Part shown: positions 19,986-27,710 of the stretch, one piece after another
Layout: each line of letters opens with the position of its first letter
Position numbering within the stretch: position 1 is the first letter of the stretch
Source: Flavobacteriaceae bacterium
Lineage (GTDB): Bacteria > Bacteroidota > Bacteroidia > Flavobacteriales > Flavobacteriaceae
Assembly (NCBI GenBank): GCA_965224465.1
Contig: OZ245049.1
Coordinates: forward strand, 5,100,001-5,132,000
Reading direction: 5' to 3'
Length of the DNA: 32,000 nucleotides
Notes under the pieces: generated by a model
What the model was told of the DNA's origin: nothing
The model's input: only the letters and a program-made list of their open reading frames with translations
Databases searched by the model: none
Position numbers and translations under genes: made by a program

Positions 19986-22457
19986 TTGAAAGAAAACCTA
20001 ACCTTAGAAGAAAATCAGAAAAAAGAATTTAAACAAGTAATTGCACAGTACACGTTTAGTGTAGAAGTTGATGGTGTTACTAGCAACGAAAGATCAATTC
20101 TAAACGTAGAAAAAAAAGGAATAGCATTACATTTTTTGCGTTACGGATTATTTGATATCGTAAGTGATTATTCAGCGCCTACTACAAGTTACACTTCTCC
20201 TGATAGTGCGGAATTTTATAGGTCTATCTTTGTAGACGAACAAGAAAAAGCTACCATAGCTAAGGTAAGAAACGAACCAGCTAATAAATCCAATCAGCAG
20301 CAAGCTATTATAGAACCTTCTATCCTTTTAGAAGAAGTCATCATAAATCATAGCATACCCGATAACGAAAACTTCAATACCGCAAGAACACCATTACGAG
20401 CAGGATATGTGTATATGATTAATGATGCAACTCCTCTTGATGATTTTAAAGAGTTTAGGGTAGATGATTATGGGATGATTTATGAAATTGATTGGAGTAA
20501 AAACAAAAAAGACGGAAAATACTTAGACCAGCGCAAAGCTAATGGCAAAAGTATGATGTACAAAATTCTCGACAGAGACGACCAAACCTATTGTTTTGCA
20601 TACTCTCCTGTGCAATGGAGCGCTGCTTATGTAAACGAACTACTAACAAACCAACAAAAAAGAGACGAACGTTGTAAAACCAAAGTGCTTTGCAAAGGAA
20701 TATCTAAAAACGAAGGATCAAACGATATTGAGGTAACCCATTATAAACAAACACATATTGTAGTAGAGGGCAACAACCCCATGGCATATAAATACAACAA
20801 AATCTTAGATAGAATTGCTAGCGAGGAACAAAAAGAAGACGAAGAAGGAGGAAACACGCTTTTAGAAAATATGTTTATCACCTTAGACGACCCAATGGGA
20901 TGTGCAGATATAATGTGCGTAGGTATCGATACAGAAATTAATCGATTAAAAGCTCTTATGATTAGCCTTCAAACAGGTCAAAGTGCTGAAGAAGTTTTTC
21001 CTTATTTACAGAAAAAGGAACAAGTACCTATTAAAGACTCAGAAAAAAGCAAACAAATACAATACTTACATCGTTTAGCTCAACTAACCTATGACTTTGT
21101 ATATAATAATCGTGAAAATGCAGAGAAATATGAATCTGACCTTATAGAATCTACCACTGCTAACATTGCATTAGATTTAACAGTTGGTGGCTTATTAAGA
21201 CCTTTTATTGAGCAAAACGGTGTTAAAAAAAGCAAGTTAGAAAAACTATTAGGCGTACAAGAAAGAGCAGACCAACGTTGTGTTATAAATAGTTACAGAG
21301 ACGACTTGGGTAATTTAATGAAATCTGAGTATTACCAAAATGCTACAGACGATTATATAAACAGTATAGCTGATAGTATTGAGGATGCCAAAGGTATTAT
21401 GGCAGAACACCTTATCGCATTAGGCCAATACCCCAATATGCACGATAAACATTTAGATTTAAAAACCGTATATCAACCCAAACAAGACACTTGGTACAAA
21501 CCTATTAATAACACCTTGTACAACGAAAACCCCGAACTGTTTATAAAATCTACAAAACTATTAGATTACAAAATAGATTTTCAAGATATTATTACCTTGA
21601 GTCTTGCCGGGAAAACAGTAAGCAATATGCGTAAAATTTTAAAAGCCTACGCCAACCATTCTGATTTTAAAGGAGGCTATGCCACACTTGCGCTACACCG
21701 TAAAGTATCTTATTTTAGAAACAAAAACACTAAAGTAGCGACCTTTAAATTTAGAGCTTTAGAAAATTTTGATCAATATCTTTTAGAAAATAAAAAACAA
21801 TTACGTTTAGAATTAGACGGTAAGGGCATTTCCTTAAAAAAGTTTAAAAAATATTGGCATATTGAGTATGAAAAAATGACAGCCAAAGCCGCACAACAAT
21901 TTATTGATGAAGGTAAGGTAACCCTAAACATGCAAAATAGTCCTAAGCGTTTTGAACAAGAAATAAAAAAGTTTTACCAATCGGGGGCTTTGGCTAGTGT
22001 GTTATTAGTTATAGAAGGCGTGTTTTGGGCAGAAGCTGTTCATAAATTTAATAAAGATAAAAATGTATCAAATTTTTTAGTATTAAGTGGAGCAAGTATA
22101 AAGCTAGGGGCTGCCATTACCCGATTGGCAGAAGAAACCAAAACCTATGAAAAGTTATTTGCAAAAGAAACAGCTAAAGAGTTTAAAAAATATGGTAAAG
22201 TCTTAGGTATTGCCAGTTCTGCTATTAGTGTATACAGCTTAGGTAATTCGGCATTAACCAGTTTTTCATACCGTGATACCGATGCAGCACTAGCCTATGG
22301 CGTAGCAACAGGTTTAAGTGGCGTGTTTTTGGCTGTCGATGTCTCGGCACTTATTGCTTCTTTTGGGGGAGCGAGTTTTTTAGTACTTGGTTTTTGGCCT
22401 GCTGCGTTAGTAGGTGGGCTATTGTGGTTACACTGTATCTTATTAATAAATATTTAA
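19986..22457 (+). CDS. Putative membrane-targeting toxin/effector: VasX-N-like N-terminal region plus a C-terminal hydrophobic helix bundle
   Basis: Strings LHFLRYGL, LRAGYVYMI, EFRVDDYGMIYEIDW, FAYSPVQWS and LDDPMGCADIM resemble conserved blocks I recall from the VasX N-terminal / BTH_I2691-type T6SS effector family. The last 157 aa (21984-22454) hold at least four hydrophobic helices. The only available start is a TTG two codons after an in-frame stop. Confidence 0.5.
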   Translation: MKENLTLEENQKKEFKQVIAQYTFSVEVDGVTSNERSILNVEKKGIALHFLRYGLFDIVSDYSAPTTSYTSPDSAEFYRSIFVDEQEKATIAKVRNEPANKSNQQQAIIEPSILLEEVIINHSIPDNENFNTARTPLRAGYVYMINDATPLDDFKEFRVDDYGMIYEIDWSKNKKDGKYLDQRKANGKSMMYKILDRDDQTYCFAYSPVQWSAAYVNELLTNQQKRDERCKTKVLCKGISKNEGSNDIEVTHYKQTHIVVEGNNPMAYKYNKILDRIASEEQKEDEEGGNTLLENMFITLDDPMGCADIMCVGIDTEINRLKALMISLQTGQSAEEVFPYLQKKEQVPIKDSEKSKQIQYLHRLAQLTYDFVYNNRENAEKYESDLIESTTANIALDLTVGGLLRPFIEQNGVKKSKLEKLLGVQERADQRCVINSYRDDLGNLMKSEYYQNATDDYINSIADSIEDAKGIMAEHLIALGQYPNMHDKHLDLKTVYQPKQDTWYKPINNTLYNENPELFIKSTKLLDYKIDFQDIITLSLAGKTVSNMRKILKAYANHSDFKGGYATLALHRKVSYFRNKNTKVATFKFRALENFDQYLLENKKQLRLELDGKGISLKKFKKYWHIEYEKMTAKAAQQFIDEGKVTLNMQNSPKRFEQEIKKFYQSGALASVLLVIEGVFWAEAVHKFNKDKNVSNFLVLSGASIKLGAAITRLAEETKTYEKLFAKETAKEFKKYGKVLGIASSAISVYSLGNSALTSFSYRDTDAALAYGVATGLSGVFLAVDVSALIASFGGASFLVLGFWPAALVGGLLWLHCILLINI

Positions 22458-23326
22458 AAGATACGGAGTTACAATCCTATTTTAAAAACTTTCCGTTAAG
22501 TGACTATACCTTGCAACCCAATACTGGAGAGCTACCTTATCAATATGCAAATCGTTTATTAACAAACATAGAAGATAGCATAAGTGGTTCAGGTAAATAT
22601 CAAGGATTTAAAGATTTAGAAGTTGCCTTTGTAGAACTTACCGATATGCTTACACCTAACTATACCCAAGTAGAAGTGCTATTGCCCGAAAGTCAATTAA
22701 AACGAGCTAGTAATAAAACCTATCACACCTCGTTGCATTATGCAGAAACATATAATATCTATGCACATCGTTTTAAAGTACATTTATATACCGCATGCCC
22801 ATGTGCTGATATAGATGATTTAGATATTAAAGCTTGGTTTTACCCTAATGGCATACAACCTAATGCTAAACGAACAGAAATCACCACCTTTATATACCAT
22901 TTCCCAAAACCTGACCCTTACAGTTTTAATCAAAAACAAGTACCTAGCTGTAGTATCGATTTTGCGATACCCAACGATGCTAAGTATTATTACGAACCCG
23001 CTCAATTTGGTTATGAGTTTATACATGCAGAAGTACTCTTTTTAATTCGAGTAATCAATAATGCAGCAACTTGTGAATACACCCCACAAACCTTACATAA
23101 TAAAGATAGGTACACGCATGTATATATGTCAGTAAAACAAACCTATACAGGACAAACAGCAGCAATACAAAACTTGTATAATCCACAAACGCATTATGCA
23201 TCTCCAATGAACACAAAAAGCATTAAACCCAAACAACTAACACAAGAGCAGGCGTTGCATAAACGTACTATTTTTGATATAGACCAAGTAAACCATTTAC
23301 AATCATACAAATTAGAAAATGAGTAA
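22394..23326 (+). CDS. Unknown ~300-aa ORF, probably the frameshifted C-terminal part of the preceding effector
   Basis: It overlaps the upstream ORF by 64 nt in the -1 frame, and no independent start lies outside the overlap until about 22511. The sequence is protein-like, rich in Y/H/C/P. No family recognised. Confidence 0.5.
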   Translation: MACCVSRWAIVVTLYLINKYLKDTELQSYFKNFPLSDYTLQPNTGELPYQYANRLLTNIEDSISGSGKYQGFKDLEVAFVELTDMLTPNYTQVEVLLPESQLKRASNKTYHTSLHYAETYNIYAHRFKVHLYTACPCADIDDLDIKAWFYPNGIQPNAKRTEITTFIYHFPKPDPYSFNQKQVPSCSIDFAIPNDAKYYYEPAQFGYEFIHAEVLFLIRVINNAATCEYTPQTLHNKDRYTHVYMSVKQTYTGQTAAIQNLYNPQTHYASPMNTKSIKPKQLTQEQALHKRTIFDIDQVNHLQSYKLENE

Positions 23327-24041
23327 ACAAAGAAAAAGCTATCATCAACCCTTTACGATATTAACTACTCCTACTTTAGTGAATAATGAAGATGTATACC
23401 CTAATAAGGGTATATTGATTTTAGAAGCGAATGATGGATTTTATAAAGTTGAAGGTAAAACAACACTTAAAGTAAGCAGAAACTTAGGCGCTATAGCTGT
23501 TGCTTTTGGGGTATATGGATCTCAACTGGGGGGGGGGGAGTTATACCAATATGTTTTTATTTATTGTGTTATTGCAATAGGTCTTTTCTTTTTTATCTAT
23601 GGCTTAACCGCTAAAAAAGAAAAAAAGATGTTTGTGTTAGATAGGCTCAATGGCATGGTAACCTACCCCGATTTGTTTTATTTACCTCAATTAAAAGGGA
23701 AATTTACAGATTTAAAAGCAGTAATCTCGGTGAGTGGTGATATAGATGGTGGTGCAGGTAGAGAATATTTGAAATTTGTAAATACCTTTAAACCCCGTAA
23801 ATTAGATGTACTAAGAACCATTACTTATGACGACCCTTATGAAGAATGGAGTTTGTATGTATGGTATATGGATAAAAACAGACCTTTACCTCCTGGTACC
23901 GCTTTTGACCCTTATCGAAAGAAAGATTTTGAACGTAGAAAAAAAGAAGGATTTCCTAAACCTTTATTTGAAAGTCACATTGCTACTCCCGAGGCTACCA
24001 AAGAACAACAAGCTAGACGTAGGCTAATTGGTGGATGGTAA
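23319..24041 (+). CDS. Two-TM membrane protein, candidate immunity protein
   Basis: An 8-nt overlap with the upstream ORF (ATGAGTAA). Hydrophobic helices LGAIAVAFGVYGSQLGGG and YVFIYCVIAIGLFFFIYGLTA. Last gene of the operon, after a putative membrane toxin. Confidence 0.5.
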   Translation: MSKQRKSYHQPFTILTTPTLVNNEDVYPNKGILILEANDGFYKVEGKTTLKVSRNLGAIAVAFGVYGSQLGGGELYQYVFIYCVIAIGLFFFIYGLTAKKEKKMFVLDRLNGMVTYPDLFYLPQLKGKFTDLKAVISVSGDIDGGAGREYLKFVNTFKPRKLDVLRTITYDDPYEEWSLYVWYMDKNRPLPPGTAFDPYRKKDFERRKKEGFPKPLFESHIATPEATKEQQARRRLIGGW

Positions 24042-24276
24042 TAAAAACTACCTCTAATAACTAAGTGTACGTGCGGTGCGTAGCGCCCAGCATGAACATC
24101 CTGTTGACTATACCAGCTAAAAAGATGATGCTATGGGGATTGCGTGTTTTAATTAAGAGGCTATCGACAAAGACCTTAATAGATAACTGCCTGTTTTAGG
24201 TCATTTGCTCTCAAGCTCTTTTAGGGGATTTTTGTTTTGTGCGGTTGGATATTTTTCAGGTTGCATCTAACACCCA

Positions 24277-24524
24277 TATATCCATAATAACACCCTAAAG
24301 TTGAAGGTGTATCCGTTATACCTAAACATACAGCGATGTGTTTATCTATTTAATTATGCATTGTACAGTGCCCTTCAAATATATATATATAAGCCTATTA
24401 CTCACACTACCATTTGATTGATTTTTGTGAAATATTTAATCAGTGAGTCGCTGTAGTTCAGTATTTCAATAATATCACAGGATCTTATAATCAAACAAAA
24501 AAAATGTAACCACGGGAATGGTGA
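24277..24524 (+). repeat. Intergenic repeat family 2 ('module 1'), copy a
   Basis: Shares ccctaaagttgaagg.(a/g)tatccgtta, gtgtgtttatctatttaatt, gcattgtacag.g..cttcaaatata, cacactaccatttgattg and aaaaatgtaac with 27171-27427 and 29806-30010. Its 3' part is also present at 16408-16535. Confidence 0.7.
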
Positions 24525-25190
24525 GGGCGAGGTCTTCCTGTTATTTAGTTGGAGTCATCTACTTGATTGGACGTACATCTTATTTATAATTAGATTTTGT
24601 TAGATATTTTCCGTTAATATATGTAACAACATCCTTTTTGTTTTTAATAAATTCAATATTATTAGTATCGATTATCTCTTCACTATTTATTCTAATTGTA
24701 AGCGAATTTCTTTTGAGTGAAAACGAAAATTTTATGGGGTTTTTAAGATTGTTCTTTATTTTTAAATCTTTAAAACCATAGACAACAGTAGCGTCAGAAC
24801 CTAATGGCGTAAACCTTGTTTCATTTGTATATATGTCTGTTGAATGATTATATCTTTCTATAATATCAAGATTTGCATATAAACTCGCATAATATATAAT
24901 CCCTGATAATTGGCATAAACCACCTCCATAAGTTGGTGTTATTTTTCCATTCACTATTGACCGACTTTCTACAAATCCATTTTTTTTCGAAGGAGCACCA
25001 ACTACTTTCCAAAATGAAAATATTTCATTTGGGTTTAGTTGAATTTTTTCAATTTTATTAATAGCAATTTTAAAATTTTCAAGTTTTGCAGTTGATGATG
25101 CAGTTTGTTTTATTTTTTGAACAATTTCTATATTTCCAATATAATTGATTTGTTTGTCCGAGGTTTTAGCATATTTAAAAGTATTACCAT
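24397..25190 (+). repeat. 794-bp direct repeat, copy 2 (duplicate of 16408-17201)
   Basis: See copy 1. Here ATTACTCA (24397-24404) is uninterrupted, which shows the empty IS66 target site. Confidence 0.9.
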
Positions 25191-25266
25191 CAAAAAAATC
25201 TTCAATTTTATTTTTCAAGATATTTAGACGAACTTTTAGATAATAGGGGACTATTTTCTTTATCAT
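24580..25266 (-). CDS. VanW family protein (intact copy)
   Basis: FSFWKVVG...GGGLCQLSGIIYYASLYANLDIIERYNHS...GSDATVVYGFKDLKIKN matches the VanW domain core (GGG-x-CQ, ER-x-x-HS, DATV). Confidence 0.8.
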   Translation of the reverse strand: MIKKIVPYYLKVRLNILKNKIEDFFDGNTFKYAKTSDKQINYIGNIEIVQKIKQTASSTAKLENFKIAINKIEKIQLNPNEIFSFWKVVGAPSKKNGFVESRSIVNGKITPTYGGGLCQLSGIIYYASLYANLDIIERYNHSTDIYTNETRFTPLGSDATVVYGFKDLKIKNNLKNPIKFSFSLKRNSLTIRINSEEIIDTNNIEFIKNKKDVVTYINGKYLTKSNYK

Positions 25267-25937
25267 TTTCTTTTTAAAATGTAGATAATATGAGAACTCA
25301 TTTCTTTAAATATTGAGTTACTTAAGATGTTATCCAATAAAATTATATATTTTCTAATTCTTTTCGGAATTAAATGAATAGGAAAAAAACCAATTCCGTG
25401 AAAAGCAACTAAATCCCAATGTTCTGATGTAAGTTCTTTTAATTCGTTTAAATTTACTTGATTTCCACCGTGCCAGGAACTTGCCTTGTATCTAGTGAAT
25501 GTTCTCCTTTTTTTTGATGGAATATCAAATATAAACAATCCGTTTTCTTCAACTACTTTACTTACTCCTTTAAATATGTTTTTTAGTTGTTGATATTCCA
25601 AATGCATAAATAAGTGAAAGGAAAATGCATTCTTAAAAAAGGCTTTTTCGTAGGGTAAACATTCGATGTCTCCAATTGAAATGTTTTTAGTTGGAAACTT
25701 CTTTTTTGATACAGAAACCATTTCTTGGCTAATATCAATTCCATAGTCAGCATATTTTAAAAACCTTCCAGTTCCACAAGCAATATCTAATTTTTTTGCG
25801 GTATCATTCTTATTTAAGTATTTCTTTAGGATGCTGTTTTCTTGGTTGTTTATATAGTTTCCATACGAATTAGCAAACCTATCAGCATCATACTTTAGGG
25901 CTAATTTATCATAATATTGGATAATTTCGGTCTTCAT
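25263..25937 (-). CDS. Class I SAM-dependent methyltransferase
   Basis: Motif I LDIACGTGRF. Post-I acidic residue in YGIDIS. 224 aa. Its stop overlaps the vanW start by 4 nt (ATGA). Confidence 0.8.
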   Translation of the reverse strand: MKTEIIQYYDKLALKYDADRFANSYGNYINNQENSILKKYLNKNDTAKKLDIACGTGRFLKYADYGIDISQEMVSVSKKKFPTKNISIGDIECLPYEKAFFKNAFSFHLFMHLEYQQLKNIFKGVSKVVEENGLFIFDIPSKKRRTFTRYKASSWHGGNQVNLNELKELTSEHWDLVAFHGIGFFPIHLIPKRIRKYIILLDNILSNSIFKEMSSHIIYILKRK

Positions 25938-26220
25938 TTTCGGTTATGCCTAACAGTCTATGTATGATAGGTGCGTATAAAAAAACAAAAACTTTTGGAA
26001 TTACCAAGATTCGTTTTTTTAATCCCACCAGTGGGTTTTATTTTCCGATGCTTACATCGAAATGATTAAGTTTTTTTTCTTTTTTATGCCTCGCGTGCTT
26101 GGCCCGAGATTATTGAATTTTCCTTTCTTTACGTTTTTTATACAAGATTTAAAAAAAGGAGGTTTATTGAGTAATAAATGGTTATTATGATCAAACAGTG
26201 CCGCCTATATAAAGGGAGTA

Positions 26221-26379
26221 ATACCAAATACATTTCCAAGTGTCGGTTTATAAATGTAATTATTTTTTGTTTTAGGTAGGTAAAAAATAATAATGATGCT
26301 TAGCTATCGTTCTATTTTTTAATAACTATAGAACGTAAATTAAACTATTTATATCGGTCATTTTGGATTGTAGTTGGTA
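26221..26379 (+). repeat. MITE-like repeat, copy B
   Basis: Starts ataccaaatacatttcc and ends ttttggattgtagttggta. Collinear with copies A, C and D. Confidence 0.7.
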
Positions 26380-26474
26380 GATGTGAGGCGTCTTCCAGCT
26401 ATTATATCTGGACCCAACTACCTCACAAACTTAGTTACTCTTAATTATTTGGCACTACCAGCTCCAATGTACAT

Positions 26475-27122
26475 CTATTTATTATTTTTAAGCCACTCTT
26501 TGCGTCTCAAGTCAGGTAAATGTTTGATTGAAAATTCTTCAAATAAAGCATTAAAACCATCTCCATCAGGACTGGCAGCCATCATTCCAACCATTACAGG
26601 TTTATTGTCAGGTAGATATGCTACGTTAGACATCTTATATGTAATGCCATCTAAGGAATAAAAAATTTCAACAGCATCTATTTTTCTTATTGCCTTAATC
26701 CAAATTGATTTAGGTTTCCCGTCTAACTTAACTACACTCCAACTGCTATGAACATCTGTAACTACAGTACTGAAATTATAGACACCATCAACGTATTCTA
26801 TTCCTGTTTTAATCCAATGTTCCTCGTTAATTCTCAGCATCAAACCCATTTGGTCAAATCGAGTTTTATAATTCCCGGATATTTTCATCGAAACTTCAAA
26901 CTCTCCGCCTCTAGTGGTATAATAAAATGGTCCATCATCTACTGTGAAACCATAATGCGTTTTTCGCCAATAATCAGATTCAGGTGTTACATCCATTTTT
27001 AGATTTCCGTCTTCGACTTTCCAAGACGATGGTTCGTTGAGCCAATTCATTTTTTCTATATTTTGACCAATTGACAAATTTGTAGCGAAAAAAGTCGCAA
27101 TTAATAATACTTGTATTTTCAT
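26475..27122 (-). CDS. DUF1349 family (concanavalin-like) secreted protein
   Basis: Signal peptide MKIQVLLIATFFATNLSIGQ, then WLNEPSSWKV...DYWRKTHYGF..DDGPFYY...FDQMGLML...WIKTGIEY, strings characteristic of DUF1349. Confidence 0.7.
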   Translation of the reverse strand: MKIQVLLIATFFATNLSIGQNIEKMNWLNEPSSWKVEDGNLKMDVTPESDYWRKTHYGFTVDDGPFYYTTRGGEFEVSMKISGNYKTRFDQMGLMLRINEEHWIKTGIEYVDGVYNFSTVVTDVHSSWSVVKLDGKPKSIWIKAIRKIDAVEIFYSLDGITYKMSNVAYLPDNKPVMVGMMAASPDGDGFNALFEEFSIKHLPDLRRKEWLKNNK

Positions 27123-27170
27123 ATTTTTTATTATGTAAAGTTCTTTAAATTACACACAACCTCTCCTCAT

Positions 27171-27427
27171 ATTATTCACAATAACAGCCTAAAGTTGAAG
27201 GGATATCCGTTACGTCAATAATACAGTGGTGTGTTTATCTATTTAATTCTCAATTTAATTATGCATTGTACAGCGCGCTTCAAATATACAAAACAAGTCT
27301 ATTTCGCACACTACCATTTGATTGTTTTTTTTCGTGAAAGTTTTAAACAGTAAATATCTGTTTTTCAGAGTGTTAATATTGTAGGGCAATCTCGTAATCA
27401 AATAAAAAATGTAACATGGGAGTGGTT
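27171..27427 (+). repeat. Intergenic repeat family 2 ('module 1'), copy b, fused to MITE copy C
   Basis: Collinear with 24277-24524, and runs directly into the MITE start at 27428. Confidence 0.7.
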
Positions 27428-27588
27428 ATACCAAATACATTTCCAAATAACGGTTTAGAAATAAAATTATTTTTTGTTTTAGCTAGGTTGAAAATGGATG
27501 TATAGCCACAGCTATAGTTCTGATTTTTAACAACGCTAGAACGTAAATTAAACTGTTTATATCGGTCATTTTGGATTGTAGTTGGTAT
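27428..27588 (+). repeat. MITE-like repeat, copy C (best-preserved terminal inverted repeats)
   Basis: The left end ataccaaatacatttccaaataacgg aligns with the reverse complement of the right end, ataccaactacaatccaaaatgaccg: 20 of 26 positions match by hand alignment. Confidence 0.7.
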
Positions 27589-27603
27589 AACCGTTATGCC
27601 TAT

Positions 27604-27710
27604 TATTGAAGTATTATTTCTTGTTTTGTACACATGCTAATCATATTTAATCAATATAAGTAACTTATATTGATATGGTTAAGTGGTATACTTTTCGGTT
27701 AACATATACA
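27604..27710 (-). mobile_element. Solo IS21 left-end fragment (terminus plus the first ~45 nt of istA), inverted relative to the complete copy
   Basis: Its reverse complement reads tgtatatgttaaccgaaaagtataccacttaaccatatcaatataagt.acttatattgattaaatatgattagcatgtgtacaaaacaagaaataatacttcaata, which matches 11328-11460 minus one 24-nt terminal direct repeat. Confidence 0.8.

Noticed and set aside
22820-23045. Two ~65-aa ORFs (one on each strand) inside 22394-23326, plus ORF 23827-24027 inside 23319-24041
   Set aside because: They are nested in alternative frames of longer coherent ORFs of the operon.
26374-27002. ORFs 26374-26661 and 26748-27002 on the plus strand
   Set aside because: They are antisense to, or overlap, the DUF1349 gene. 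The first also starts inside the MITE copy.
27373-27633. 86-aa minus-strand ORF
   Set aside because: It lies wholly within dispersed repeats and the IS21 end fragment. The equivalent frames are not conserved in the other repeat copies.
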